Source of the DNA: Octopus vulgaris
Lineage: Eukaryota
Direction of reading: 5' to 3'
Assembly: GCA_951406725.2 (NCBI GenBank)
Contig: OX597821.1
Span: 30,752,001 to 30,816,000 of the forward strand
Length of the DNA stretch: 64,000 bases
The notes beneath the pieces were generated by a model. It saw only the letters and a program-made list of their open reading frames with translations, was not told the DNA's origin and searched no databases. This document shows, piece after piece, positions 28,032 through 40,178 of this stretch. Both the position numbers and the translations under genes were made by a program. The number at the start of each line of letters is the position of its first letter. Positions within the stretch are counted from its first letter, which is position 1.

Positions 28032-28513
28032 TGTTTTTATTAGCCACACAGGGCTGCACACAGACGGGACAAATTACAAGGTAGAGCTTTTCTTTTTGGA
28101 GTTAAAAAAGGGGTTTCGGCTTTCGATCAAAAGGGATCGTAAAAGGAAAGAAAGAGGAAAGCAAAAAAAAAAATAAATAAATAAAAGTGGGGGGATAAAA
28201 ATAAAAGGAAAAAGAAAAAATCGATCAATAGGGATCGTTATCACAGAAATGTCAATATAGAGTGTAAAGCGTAGGACAGGTGAGGTTTACCCGTGGGAAA
28301 ATAGCCTACGGAAACGACCACGATAACCTCGGTCAATGAAGTCACATGTTATATTTTTTATACAAATAAGCAACTCTCTGTATTAATTTTTACGGTTCAT
28401 AGGATCATAGTGAAGGTGGCTTCGTCATTCATACGTGCCATCCTTGCTACATTCACCCATCTTTTTTTAAAACATTCACTAGACAAAACTTGTCTCTGTA
28501 CTTTCACTTTCCT
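28031..28513 (-). mobile_element. 5'-truncated 3' end of an L1/Tx1-like LINE inside a (GATA)n microsatellite
   Basis: Minus frame RKVKVQRQVLSSECFKKRWVNVARM...* (F..RW C-terminal motif), 3' UTR ending ctaataaaaac, (ATCT)n on both sides. Confidence 0.6.
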
Positions 28514-28545
28514 AGATAGTTCGATAGATAGATAGATAGATAGAC

Positions 28546-28684
<139 letters not shown>

Positions 28685-28990
28685 AGAAGTAGCTCCCGTT
28701 AAGTTGTAGAAGATTCAAATAAGACCAACAAACACAACTATGAGCTCCCATTTCTAAAATGGGACTCTTTCTAAGATTACACCTACTGTACTGAAGAGAG
28801 AAAAATTTGATTAGACATTGGTAAAAAAAAAAAATTCAACTTAAAATAATCTCGAAGTTGAAACTGGGAAGTCTAGAAACATAGATGATGTTCTTACGAA
28901 CATTACATATTGGAAAATATGAACAAGCCTGATAAAAGCGAAACTATTATTGCTTGATTTTAATACGATTCACATATGCTTCCCCCACAC

Positions 28991-29077
<87 letters not shown>

Positions 29078-29695
29078 TACACTTGTGTATGCTATCATTC
29101 AGGCGCACACGTATATATCATATATAACTTTTCATCGTTTTCTTATTGCTTTATAGCCAATGGGGGTGACATAATCGATTAATAAAACCATGTACTCTTC
29201 CAACGTTTTGCTTATCTCAACCGGATGCATGAATGCATACATCATAGAAAATTTGCCATATATCATATATCTGCCCTCGGTATATTTTTTTGTATAGCAT
29301 AAGTGTGACATATTCTATTCATCCAACTTGTATGGATTGCTGCAGCATTAGAATTATCTGCACCGGATGTTTGAATGCATATAAAATAGGAACTTTGCCA
29401 GAAGATAGGAAACTACATTCACATCTCTGTAATATATTTCAATATAGATTTCTTTCACATCATAAAATTTCTTCAAATGACAAATAAAAAAGAACTTAGT
29501 GCATTGAAGTATAGTTTTGCAGCTGTTTGTATCTAGCTGTCAAATATATTCTTACCTCCAGAGTGATAAGATAAACATAATTCTTTCAGGTATTTTCAAA
29601 ATGACTACACCCATATCCTGTCCTCATTTATTTTCGGTTATCGATATTCTTTTTCTATTAAACTTTGAACACGCTACGCGTATTTGATGTACGTA

Positions 29696-30100
29696 GGTGC
29701 AGGAGTGGCTGTATGGTAAGTAGCTTGCTTACCAACCATATGGTTCCGGATTCAGTTCCACTGCGTGGCATCTTGGGCAAGTGTCTTCTACTATAGCCTC
29801 GGGCCGACTAAAGCCTTGTGAGTGGATTTGGTTAACGGAAACTGAAAGAAGCCCGTCATATATATATATATATATATATGTATATGTATGTGTGTGTTTG
29901 TGTGTCTGTGTTTGTCCCCCCAACATCGCTTCACGACCGATGCTGGTGTGTTTACGTCCCCGTCACTTAGCGGTTCGGCAAAGAGACTGATAGAATAAAT
30001 ACTGCGCTTACAAAGAATAAGTCCCGGGGTCGATTTGCTCGACTAAAGGCGGTGCTCCAGCATGGCCGCAGTCAAATGACTGAAACGAGTAAAAAAAAAA
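29696..30100 (+). mobile_element. CORE-type tRNA-SINE
   Basis: Full-length match to the family. Confidence 0.9.
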
Positions 30101-30299
30101 AGATATTATTATTATTTATGTTTTCATCCAAAAATGTACGATAGATTTTTGTGGAATTCTCCAGATAATTTATCTTGAGTTGAATATGTTATAATCATAT
30201 AGATTGTAAGCGTCTATTCAGAATTTAGTGTATTGCATTTCTGTCAGTATCTCGTATAATCAACTATCATAAAATTGCTAAAATATTAAATTTCAAGCT

Positions 30300-31150
30300 G
30301 TTAAAAGTAAAAGAATTTTTTTTTTAATTCGCACTAACCTGTTTGTATATGACACTAAATACTTAATTATTACAAAATCTATATGTTGTCATCAAAGCTT
30401 TAATATTTAATATATGGAATACTTTCACACAAGGCAGAAAAAATTCAATAGAGGAAATTTACCGATCTAAACTAGAGTAAAGCGCTAGATCACCAAGTGT
30501 TTTTATTTTTTATTATCGAACGTGACATGCTATTCGGATAAAGTATTATACCATTTCAATTTGGTAGAAATCCTTGTTTTGTTCCATAAAGGGTTTAACA
30601 TACATCAGTATTTTGTAGGTTCCTTTGTATGGGCCTTATATACATCGACATTAATATTCAAACCCATAACATCAAATGCAATGAAATGACATGATTGATT
30701 CTCAGCCACGATAAGGTTTAATAAAATGCCTGTTATATTTATATATCGCTTGTGTTACATCAGATGCGTTACCATGATTCTAAGTGGTGCAATTCATTTG
30801 GTTTTAGGGGAGCTGTTTAGGAAAATTCTTCTGAACACCGGTAATTGCCAGGAAATAAATTAGGCATGAGGATACTTCATATTCTTAACGTTATATGGTG
30901 TTTAGATTTTGGTAAATGCAAATACCATATTAGCATTTAATGGCCACAGTTTTACAGGCTTAATAAATGCATACTCTATTAAATAGAGAAATGAATATAA
31001 AATTATTAGAGATTCTTTTTCACAGATATAATAAATTTTACCCATATGTCGAAAAAGAGTGGTTCTTAGTGATACGAAGGCTAAAGTATCGTCACTCAAA
31101 ATTTTGTAAAATCCATTGTAAAAGAAGCATTGTATAAAATGATAAATATA
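30300..31150 (-). pseudogene. Highly decayed Penelope-like RT
   Basis: Motif remnants in order: KILSDDT, (L)PKI, IAFDVMGLNINV, FYQI..GI, FDDNI. Confidence 0.45.
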
Positions 31151-31479
31151 TCTCTTCAATATGCGGAGGGAAAATACATTTTAGAAATATTTAATTCTAT
31201 TTTCGAAATAAATATCAGTCGGCATTTAAATCTAAGATAACAGGTGATGTCTTTGAGCTGTAGTACTCGATAAGCAGCTCAGAGCAAATTTCTAAATACG
31301 GCATAATCAGTAAAGCGTTCACTTTATCGTGAATTTTGCATTATAACCAAGGACAATCGTGTTGGTAATAAAACGTAGATCTATTTCTAGATACTCGGTT
31401 GTAGACTACGAAGGAAATGAAATCAAACGACTTCGAGCAATAACGAGGCAATGTGTGAAGTTTCGACAAGTAAACTATT

Positions 31480-31696
31480 GTTCTATATTTAAGAGATGAG
31501 GAATTATGTACATTATTTACATTACTTACGTTTGAGGGATAATAGTACTCCCCTTGTTTGTTGTTAATACAACATTTCGGCTGATATATCCTCCAGGCTT
31601 CATCAGGTGTCTTGGGTAAATTTAGAACCTCGGTTCTCATTCATAAGATATTTTTCGTTGTTGTTGTTGTTGTTGTTATTATTATTATTGTTGTTG

Positions 31697-31767
<71 letters not shown>

Positions 31768-31964
31768 GTTGTTGTTGTTGTTATTATTATTTTATTATTA
31801 TTCAGGTTACTACCCGGAATCCAACTCTGAATCCTGGGGTTAGTGGACCGCGCTCATAACCTCTATGACATATACCCGCGTGCTTATGCCCACGGGTATA
31901 TGGCGTAGTGGTTAAGAGCGCGGGCTACTGACCCCAAGATTCCGAGTTGGATTCCAGGCAGTGA

Positions 31965-32056
<92 letters not shown>

Positions 32057-32205
32057 TCGAAAAATATCTTCGGAATGAGAACCCAGGTTCGAAATTTCCC
32101 CTAGACACCTGATGAAGGCTGGAGGGTATATCAGCCGCAATGTTGTGTTAGCAACAAACATGACGAGGACAAATATTCGTCAAATGTAAATAATGTAAAT
32201 AATGT
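31480..32205. mobile_element. Head-to-head inverted pair of tRNA-head/(AAT)n/hammerhead/PLE-tail SINE
   Basis: Minus arm 31480-31883, plus arm 31888-32205; A-box TGGCGTAGTGG 31901-31911, B-box-like GAGTTGGATTCC; hammerheads 31566-31611 (-) and 32104-32149 (+, GAAA>GCAA); TSD aagtaaactattgttc/aagtaaattattgttc. Confidence 0.85.
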
Positions 32206-32749
32206 AAGTAAATTATTGTTCACTATCTCTTTGGGGTTCGTTATTGGTACTTCGTTGAGAGTGTAGCTTTTGTTTTTTTTCCACACTTGTCACCATGAAA
32301 AAACAGCATAGTATTAGTATTAGACGGTTATTGAATAATGTAACTGTGTACCGTACGCATTTATTCTGGATGGAAAACTAAGTTTCATATTAACCAACGT
32401 CTGGAATGAATGATATCCGCAGCACTTATATTGAGATATATTCTTTAGCACGATCGTCTAGATTGGCTTTTATAAAGCGAAGAATTCTGGTATTTTAGTT
32501 CACCTCCGTATGTTATGGGTTATATCAAATCTTTGATTTCAGGATTTGATAAGATAATTGATTGTTAGTTATTGGAGTTAATTCACCTGATTCCATATTA
32601 CTCATAGGATAGATAACACTGAGTGTCGATATTATAAATTATTGATACATCGATTATTCGTGTCATTCATACGAATCATATCGATGAGGTCATACTTATG
32701 GGAAGTAAATAGAATGTGTCTCGCTTCGTAAGAATTCGTTGAAGTAACC

Positions 32750-34330
32750 ATATTTCAATATCAAACGTTTATTGTAAGTGCGTACGATCCGACTTGTATG
32801 CAATAGAAAGAAATTCAGGCTGGAAAAATATCCAAAACAACTATCAGAGTGAATTAACAATGAATTTGTAATTAAAGCATGAAGATTTATCCTCCAGAAC
32901 AATTTACTTACTGTTTGATACAAATTACTACTGGTCAGATGTAGAATTGTGATGGGATCCAAAGCAGCCCTAATTCTTGCACATCTAGTTATGGGTGGAT
33001 TTGGAATTGACTACGTATCACGCATCATTACAAAAATAGAGATACTCATTTTATCATTATATAAGAGAGAGCCGAAAAATATATCTGAAAGACCGGTTTA
33101 TCCTTTTGGATACTCGTAAACAATTCTAATGTAAAACACTGCTCAATTGCATAAATACTAACATTCAATTTACAATTGTAAACAACGAAGACTCTTCTGT
33201 TTCTTGTTATTTTAATGAAATAAAACCGAAAAAAAAAATAGCTCGTAATCAAACTGAAACCGACTTCTCTTATAAAATACAGATTTGAAACAATACTTAC
33301 TATTTATCTGAAGCCACATGAAAGTCATTAAAATAATTACTTCACTGAATGTAGTGAAAAGGATTTGCACAATATTGTCTGATGAGATTACATGGGGACT
33401 ACGTATTTATGAACTTAAATTCATACTAGTCGAGAAAGCTTATCCTCCTTCACTAATAGATGATGAGATAAAATGTAAGAAAAAAAGAGATTTCGAAACA
33501 CTATGGGAAACAAAACAAAATAACACACCCGATTAAAAAAAAAACACTATGCTATATTTCTACCCACAACCCTAGAAGCATATAACATATAAAATTTACC
33601 TATGCTCACTAAGGTTCTAAGGTTAACCAAATCCTACGTCCAGATAAATCCAGCAAAAGTAGAAATAAACAAAATCACTAAAGAAAATACTGACATGTGC
33701 GAAGTTATCGTCAACAATAACAATAACAACACAACACACAATTAAAAATCCGAAGCATGCCCGAAGCTATTTGAAGGTTTAAAATTCCACTTTAAACAAG
33801 GACAAAATTTCAAAATTAAGACTGAGTTTGCTTGTGCAGCCGAAAACTTAACCCTTTTGTTACTGTATTTATTTTGAGATGCTCTGTGTTTCTTTCAATT
33901 ATTTTAAATATCACAAAGAATTTAGTAAAATAACTTAGTTATCATTCAGATAGTGTTTGGAACATAAATTGTGACTAAGGCTTGGTGGAATATTTTAATT
34001 CAAAACTTATGAAAACAAGACATTTATACTACAGAGCCAGAGCCGGTTTTGGCCGGGTTGGTAACAAAAGGGTTTGTAGGTCATAAAATATTCAGTATGT
34101 TGCGACAACTATATAGGTCAAACAAAAATATCTTCCAGGCAGTGAACAAAGGAGAAAATTCTTTTATGTAGACACAGGCAAATACCGTTTAGCGAACTCA
34201 AAAGAGATGTGCAGGGAGGATCTAAGCAAACTTTACAATTTTCCCCAGAAGCAATGCAATACACAACCTCTACACAACAATATTTAAATAAAGAGAGGTA
34301 TTGAAAAATAGCAACCGTGCCTGAATATGA
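32750..34330 (+). pseudogene. Decayed Penelope-like element ORF (RT, thumb, GIY-YIG endonuclease)
   Basis: IVMGSKAA.ILAHLVMG; NVVKRICTILSD...YPPSLID; FKIKTEFACAAENL...CCDNYIGQT. Confidence 0.75.
33852..34072. mobile_element. piggyBac-like MITE inserted in the PLE endonuclease region
   Basis: TIR CCCTTTTGTTAC/GTAACAAAAGGG; left flank TTAA, right flank degenerate (TTTG). Confidence 0.65.
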
Positions 34331-34553
34331 CTACATAATCAATTTTAGACTACGTAAATATGTTAGTTCAGAAATATACATCATTCTTTTTTTATCTACA
34401 TATAATCAATTCACCTGAAAAAAATCGTAATTACGTGTTCTGCTTCTAATTTTAGCAATGACTGATTATATCCCGTAAAATTTGCTTATCCCTGATTCAT
34501 TTACAAAATATACTTCCTCCTAGTAATATGGAATGCCAACTTCTCATGATAGC

Positions 34554-34733
34554 ATGAACTTGTAACATTATCTCTAACTATATAGGCGTGATTAGCATAA
34601 GCTAAGCCTTCTACCATGTAAAAGATTTATGTCATATATATATATATATATATGGCATAAATCTCTCACATTAGAGAAGGCTTAGCTAATGCCAATCATT
34701 TCTATGTAGTTAGAGATAATGTTACAAGTTCAT
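34554..34733. repeat. Imperfect ~180-bp palindrome centred on (TA)n
   Basis: atgaacttgtaacattatctctaacta.../...tagttagagataatgttacaagttcat. Confidence 0.9.
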
Positions 34734-34737
34734 AAGC

Positions 34738-34881
34738 TTCAGAATTTTTGCCCTGTACCAATTCAGGGACGATACAACCTGGAGCCAAAGAATCAGTAAA
34801 GAGACTCTCTTTATTACAAAATACAGACCCCTTTTGAACGTGTCTACAACAAACGACATATCTACCACGGCCTTAGAATAA
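34738..34881 (+). pseudogene. C-terminal fragment of a second PLE GIY-YIG domain
   Basis: FRIFALYQFRDDTTWSQRISKETLFITKYRPLLN, a PLE-type R..KE..FI....P.LN ending. Confidence 0.6.
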
Positions 34882-35270
34882 CACAAACACATGCAAATAT
34901 TATAAATGATACACTCAAGATATTCCCAAGAATTCATTAAAAAACAGTTCCAATCACTGCTATAATCCATAACGAGCCAACTTTAAGCCATTTTACTATT
35001 TAACACTTTACTACTTTCATACTACCTACATTCCTTCTTATTCTCCTTTCTCTTTCTTCTTCTTTGTCTTCTTCCTCCTCCTTCCAAACTTTACCGCTAT
35101 TGCTGTTTAGAAGAACACCTACGCAAATTTTATATACAAAACATTCAAAAGAGATGTTTCAGGAATTCAACAATTACTACTACCAACCACAGTGAGTCAC
35201 TTGACCATTCTACTACCATCCATAGCGGGCAGTTGACCATTTAACATACTACTGCCATGGCACTCCCACT

Positions 35271-35432
<162 letters not shown>

Positions 35433-35689
35433 CTTTTCTTCTTCTTTTCTTCTTCCCTACTAAGAATTCACAACGACCTCGAACCCACAAGAGTAAACAA
35501 GAGAGATAGAAACAGGCAGAAACAAGGAAATGCCACTTGTATTTGAATATTATGCAAATATTCTTTTATAAAAACGTTTTTAATTTTTCCAAAATTTAAT
35601 TGTTTTCCATACTTACAGTTGAAAAAGTCTCCATGACTGAAACCGGTACTGAAATGCTTTTTATAAAATTATTTTAGCATTTTCTATAC

Positions 35690-35900
35690 TCTTTTACTCT
35701 TTTACTTGTTTCAGTCATTTGACTGTGGCCATCCTGGCACACCACCTTCAGTCGAGTAAATCGACCCCAGAACTTATCCTTTGTAAGCCTAGTACTTATT
35801 CTATCGGTTTCTTTTGCCGAACCGCTAATTTACGGGGACGTAAACACACCAGCATCGGTTTTCAGGCGATGTTTGGGGGGAGAAACACAGATATACAAAC

Positions 35901-35968
<68 letters not shown>

Positions 35969-35972
35969 TATA
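35690..35972 (-). mobile_element. CORE-SINE 3' half interrupted by mariner (head remnant at 37068-37098)
   Basis: Reverse-complement family match up to the (CA)n; gttgggaagcaacctcgttaccatacagcc after the mariner matches the SINE head. Confidence 0.8.
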
Positions 35973-35974
35973 TA

Positions 35975-37065
35975 TAGGATTTGCAACTAAGTTTCCATGG
36001 TTTTTTAAATTTTGGAATCTATTTTATTTAGAGAATTCTGTTTTTGAATCATTTTGGAATCTATTTTGTTATTTTTTCTAGTTAATTTTTGTTAATTTTT
36101 GTTTATTTACAGAACATTAAAATGAAATGTCAAGTTAAGAAAATCGAGCATTTTCAACACCTTCTCTTTGCTTTTAATCAAAGTTAAAGGCCGCAAATGC
36201 TATCACGACATTTTTGTTGTGTATAGAGAGGGTGCTCTAACTGAAAGAACCGCTCGTGATTGGTATGCCAAGACAAAACATGAAAATTTTGACTTCAAAA
36301 ATGCACCAAGTTCTGGCCGTCCAGTTGAGTTCGATGAAGAGCAATTGAACCAACTTTTGTTCGAAAATTCTCGGCAAATGACAAGGGAAAAAGCAACGAT
36401 TCCTTTACCGAATCGTTACTGGCGACGAAAAATGGTGTTTGTAAATAGATATGAAACAGCATAAGGAACAGCTTAGCTCCGGTAAACAAGCGATACCGCG
36501 AATGAAACAAGATCTTCATCCGCGTAAAATGATGTTGTGCGTATGGTGGGACTGGGAAGGGATTATCCATAACGAATTGCTTGAACGGAACAAAACGGTA
36601 AACGCGGAACTCTATGTTCAACAGATTGAACGACTCAACACGGCTATTCAAGAGAAAAGACCTAATTGGCAGCAAGGCGTTCTTCTGCTGCACGACAACG
36701 CCCGCCCTCATATCGCCGGTATGACCAATGAAGCCATTCAAACGCATGGCTGGGAAGTGCTGCTACACACCGCCGTACTCTCTTGGTTTGCCACCAACGG
36801 ATTTCGACCTCTTTCGATCGCTTTCCAATCCAATGAGCGGAGATTCGTTCAATACTGATGTAGAACTGAGAGCTTGTTTGCATCAATTCTTCGAGTCGAA
36901 ATCGGATGATTTCTACCAACGAGGTATTTGAAAACGTTGGGAAGAAATTTTAAACAACAAGGGTGAATACATTATTGATTAGTTAGTTGTTATTTTTTTT
37001 TTATTAAACCATTTAAAAACTTTAAATTAAAAAAAAAATCGGCGCGAACTTAGTTGCCAACCCAA
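35975..37065 (+). mobile_element. Internally deleted mariner transposon (mellifera-subfamily-like)
   Basis: TA TSDs; right TIR reverse complement TTGGGTTGGCAACTAAGT; frameshifted transposase inside. Confidence 0.9.
36122..36982 (+). pseudogene. Mariner DD34D transposase pseudogene
   Basis: SGRPVEFDE, RIVTGDEKW, KMMLCVWWDWEGI, HDNARPH, PPYS...PTDF.LFRSL; frameshifts and a deletion between the HTH and catalytic domains. Confidence 0.9.
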
Positions 37066-37847
37066 TAGTTGGGAAGCAACCTCGTTACCATACAGCCTCT
37101 TATTCTTCAATCCCTTAGCTTTTCTTCCTCATTTGCATCCTTTGTACCTTTCTCTCTCTGTTTCTGCCTCGTGTGTTCCTCTGCCTCTTTCACTCTTCAG
37201 ACCTTTTGATTTCTTTCCCGTCTTTCCTATTCCTTAGTCCCTCTGCTCTCTTCAACCCTTTCCTTCTCCTACCACGTGATTGCTGTATGTCTATCATCGA
37301 CTAGCCGCCGTTCAGGCAGGTCACTTTCGTTTGCTCTTCCACTTGGTCTCTTAAGATATTTTATTTTTTACTTTGCGCCATTTACTACGTTTGTATGATA
37401 GTCGAAAGACCCATTCTATTATTTATGTCGCATATATTTTCCTTTCGTTGTATAACCCAAAGGTGTTTGTCCGTTCTAGGTGTATAATTCTTTTTCTGTT
37501 GCACGAACGTTATGCTCGTCTGATAGTCGAAAGACCCTTTCTGTTACCTATGTATTCGTATTTATAAATATACAATTATTTTCCGTCTGTTGTAAAGCCA
37601 AAATGCGTTCCGTTGCATGTATATAATTCTACCTTTCCCGTTTAATTTTCCGTTCTTGTTTTGTTGTTGTATACATTCGTTTGCTTTTCTCAGAGGATTC
37701 ATGCTTTTAGCTTAAGTCCTTGGCACCAGCTGGATTTGAACTCGGTATTAAGGGGTGGGAACGTATAATGACTTCCAGGAACCGATTGAGGAGGAAATCT
37801 GCTGCGAATGGTCCATGCGTCTTGATTCTGTCTTTGTTATGTTGCTA

Positions 37848-37941
37848 CTGCCGCTAAATGACGGGGACGTAAACACACCAGCATCGGTTGTCAAGCGATG
37901 AAGGAGGGACAAAGAGACACATTAACATACACACACACACA

Positions 37942-37986
<45 letters not shown>

Positions 37987-38142
37987 GACGAGCTTCTTTC
38001 AGTTTCCGTTTACCAAACAAACTCACAGGGCTTTGGTCGGCCCGAGGGTAGGGTAGAAGACATTTGCCAAAGATGCCACGCAGCGGGATTAAACCCACAA
38101 CCATGTGGTTGGTAAGGAAGCTACTTACCAGACAGCTACTCT
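37848..38142 (-). mobile_element. CORE-type tRNA-SINE, 3'-truncated
   Basis: Reverse-complement family match. Confidence 0.8.
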
Positions 38143-38154
38143 ATATGTGTGTGT

Positions 38155-38192
<38 letters not shown>

Positions 38193-38202
38193 ATATATAT
38201 AT

Positions 38203-38534
38203 AGACCCCCTTCGGTCAGGCACTGACCATGGGTTTGCACCTAGAGAGATACCCTCTGAGGCAAAAGTCTGGGCAAGGTTGTTTTATGGAAGACCAGCAG
38301 TCGCCCATGCATACCGGCCTCCCCTCTCCACGTCACCGATGTTGTCCAAGGGAAAGGCAAGGGCCGATACAGCTTGGCACCTGTGACGTCGCAACTCATT
38401 TCTACAGCTGAGTGAACTGGAGCAACGTGAAATAAAGTGCCTTGCTCAAGAACACAACACGCAGCCCCGTCCGGGATTCGAGCTCACAACCTCACGATCG
38501 GAAGCTCGACGCTCTAACCACTGAGCCATGCGCC
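38203..38534 (-). mobile_element. tRNA-derived SINE with V/MESC-like central segment
   Basis: Minus head ggcgcatggctcagtggttagagcgtc...tcgaatccc, then gtgttgtgttcttgagcaaggcacttta; closely similar copy at 58861. Confidence 0.85.
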
Positions 38535-38585
38535 TATCTATCTATCTATCTATCTATCTATCTCTCTCTTCTATCTATATATCTA

Positions 38586-38665
<80 letters not shown>

Positions 38666-39168
38666 ATGTATGTATTTATGTATGTATATATATATATTTA
38701 TATACTCTATCAGAAGCACTATAATATCAGGTTATAATATGGCTGAAAGGTTTAAAGGTCATTTAATAGATGGATATATATTCCCAAATCAAAGGAAAAA
38801 ATTCAACAGCAAGAAGCAACGAAGTCAAAAGAAATTTTGATCACGGATCAAAAGAAAAATGCTTCAAAAATAAGATGTGCTTCAGTGATTCCTGTAATTT
38901 ATGTTTATCCGTATATTTCAATTAGCAAAACCTTACTCATTTGTATGCATTTCTTCAGTTCTATTTGCATAATGCTTTGAAGATTTTGTCAGCAAAAATC
39001 ACAGTAGCGATTCTGTAATAAATTTGACATGCACTTTAAATTACTCCTTAAAGTATCTTTTTTTTATTTAAATTTTATTCCTCTAAATACAGAAACCATC
39101 TTTAAAAATACAATTTCGTATAATGTGCATCGTGTATATGCATAAGTATTGCAATATTTGTCATGCTT

Positions 39169-40080
39169 AAGGCGGCGAGCTGGTTGAAACGTTAGCACGC
39201 CATGCGAAATGCTTAGCGGTATTCGTCTGCCGCTACGTTCTGAGTTCAAATTCCGCCGAGGTCGACTTTGCCCTTCATACTTTCGTGGTCGATTAAATAA
39301 GTAAGTTAGGCACTGGGGTCGATATAATCGACTTAATCTGCTTGTATGTACCTGTATGTCCTCTCTGAGCTTAACCCCTTGTGGTTAATAAAGAAATAGG
39401 TATTTCGTCTGCCGCTGCGTTCTGAGTTCAAATTCCACCGAGATTGACTCTGTCTTTCATCCTTTTTTAAGATGGCGAGCTGACAGAAGTGTCAGTACTC
39501 CGGGCGATATACTTAGCAGTATTTTTTCTGCCTTTACGTTCTGAGTTCAAATTCCATCGAGGTCGACTTTGCCGTTCATCCTTTCGGGGTTGATAAATTA
39601 AGTACCAATTGCGTACTGGCGTCGATGTAATCAACTGGCCCCTCCCCCAAAATTTCGGGTCTTGTGCCTACATTAGAAAAGAATAGTTTTTTATGCATAA
39701 GGCGGCGAGCTGGCAGAAACGTTAGCACGCCGGACGAAATGCGTAGCCGTATTTCGTCTGCCGTTACGTTCTGTGTTCAAATTCCGCCGAGGTCGATTTG
39801 CCTTTAATCATTTCGGGGTCGCTAAATTAAGTACTAGTTACGCACTGGGGCCGATGTAATCGGCTTAATCCGTTTGTCTGTCCTTGTTTGTCTTCTCTGA
39901 GTTTAGCCCCTTGTGGGTAGTAAAGAAATAGGTACTTCGTCTGTCTTTACGTTCTGAGTTCAAATTCCTCTGAGGTTGACTTTGCCTTTCATCCTTTCGG
40001 GCTCGATAAATTAAGTACCATTTGCGTACTGGTGTCAATCTAAAAGGACTGGCCACCTTCCCCAAAATTTCTTTCCCTGT
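39169..40080 (+). mobile_element. Tandem array of about five MetaSINE-type units
   Basis: Five g(a/t)gttcaaattcc boxes; heads at ~39169, 39469 and 39699. Confidence 0.9.
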
Positions 40081-40178
40081 GCTTAGAGATGAACAGAATA
40101 TGTTATACTTAAAACTATTCTCAACGGATGACATCGTTTTACATTAATAATCAATGTTTTCATAAGTATCACTATATA

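Noticed and set aside
31895-31965. Functional tRNA gene (also SINE heads at 38460-38534, 54070-54142 and 59125-59197)
   Set aside because: Acceptor stems do not pair properly and each head continues into a repeated SINE body.
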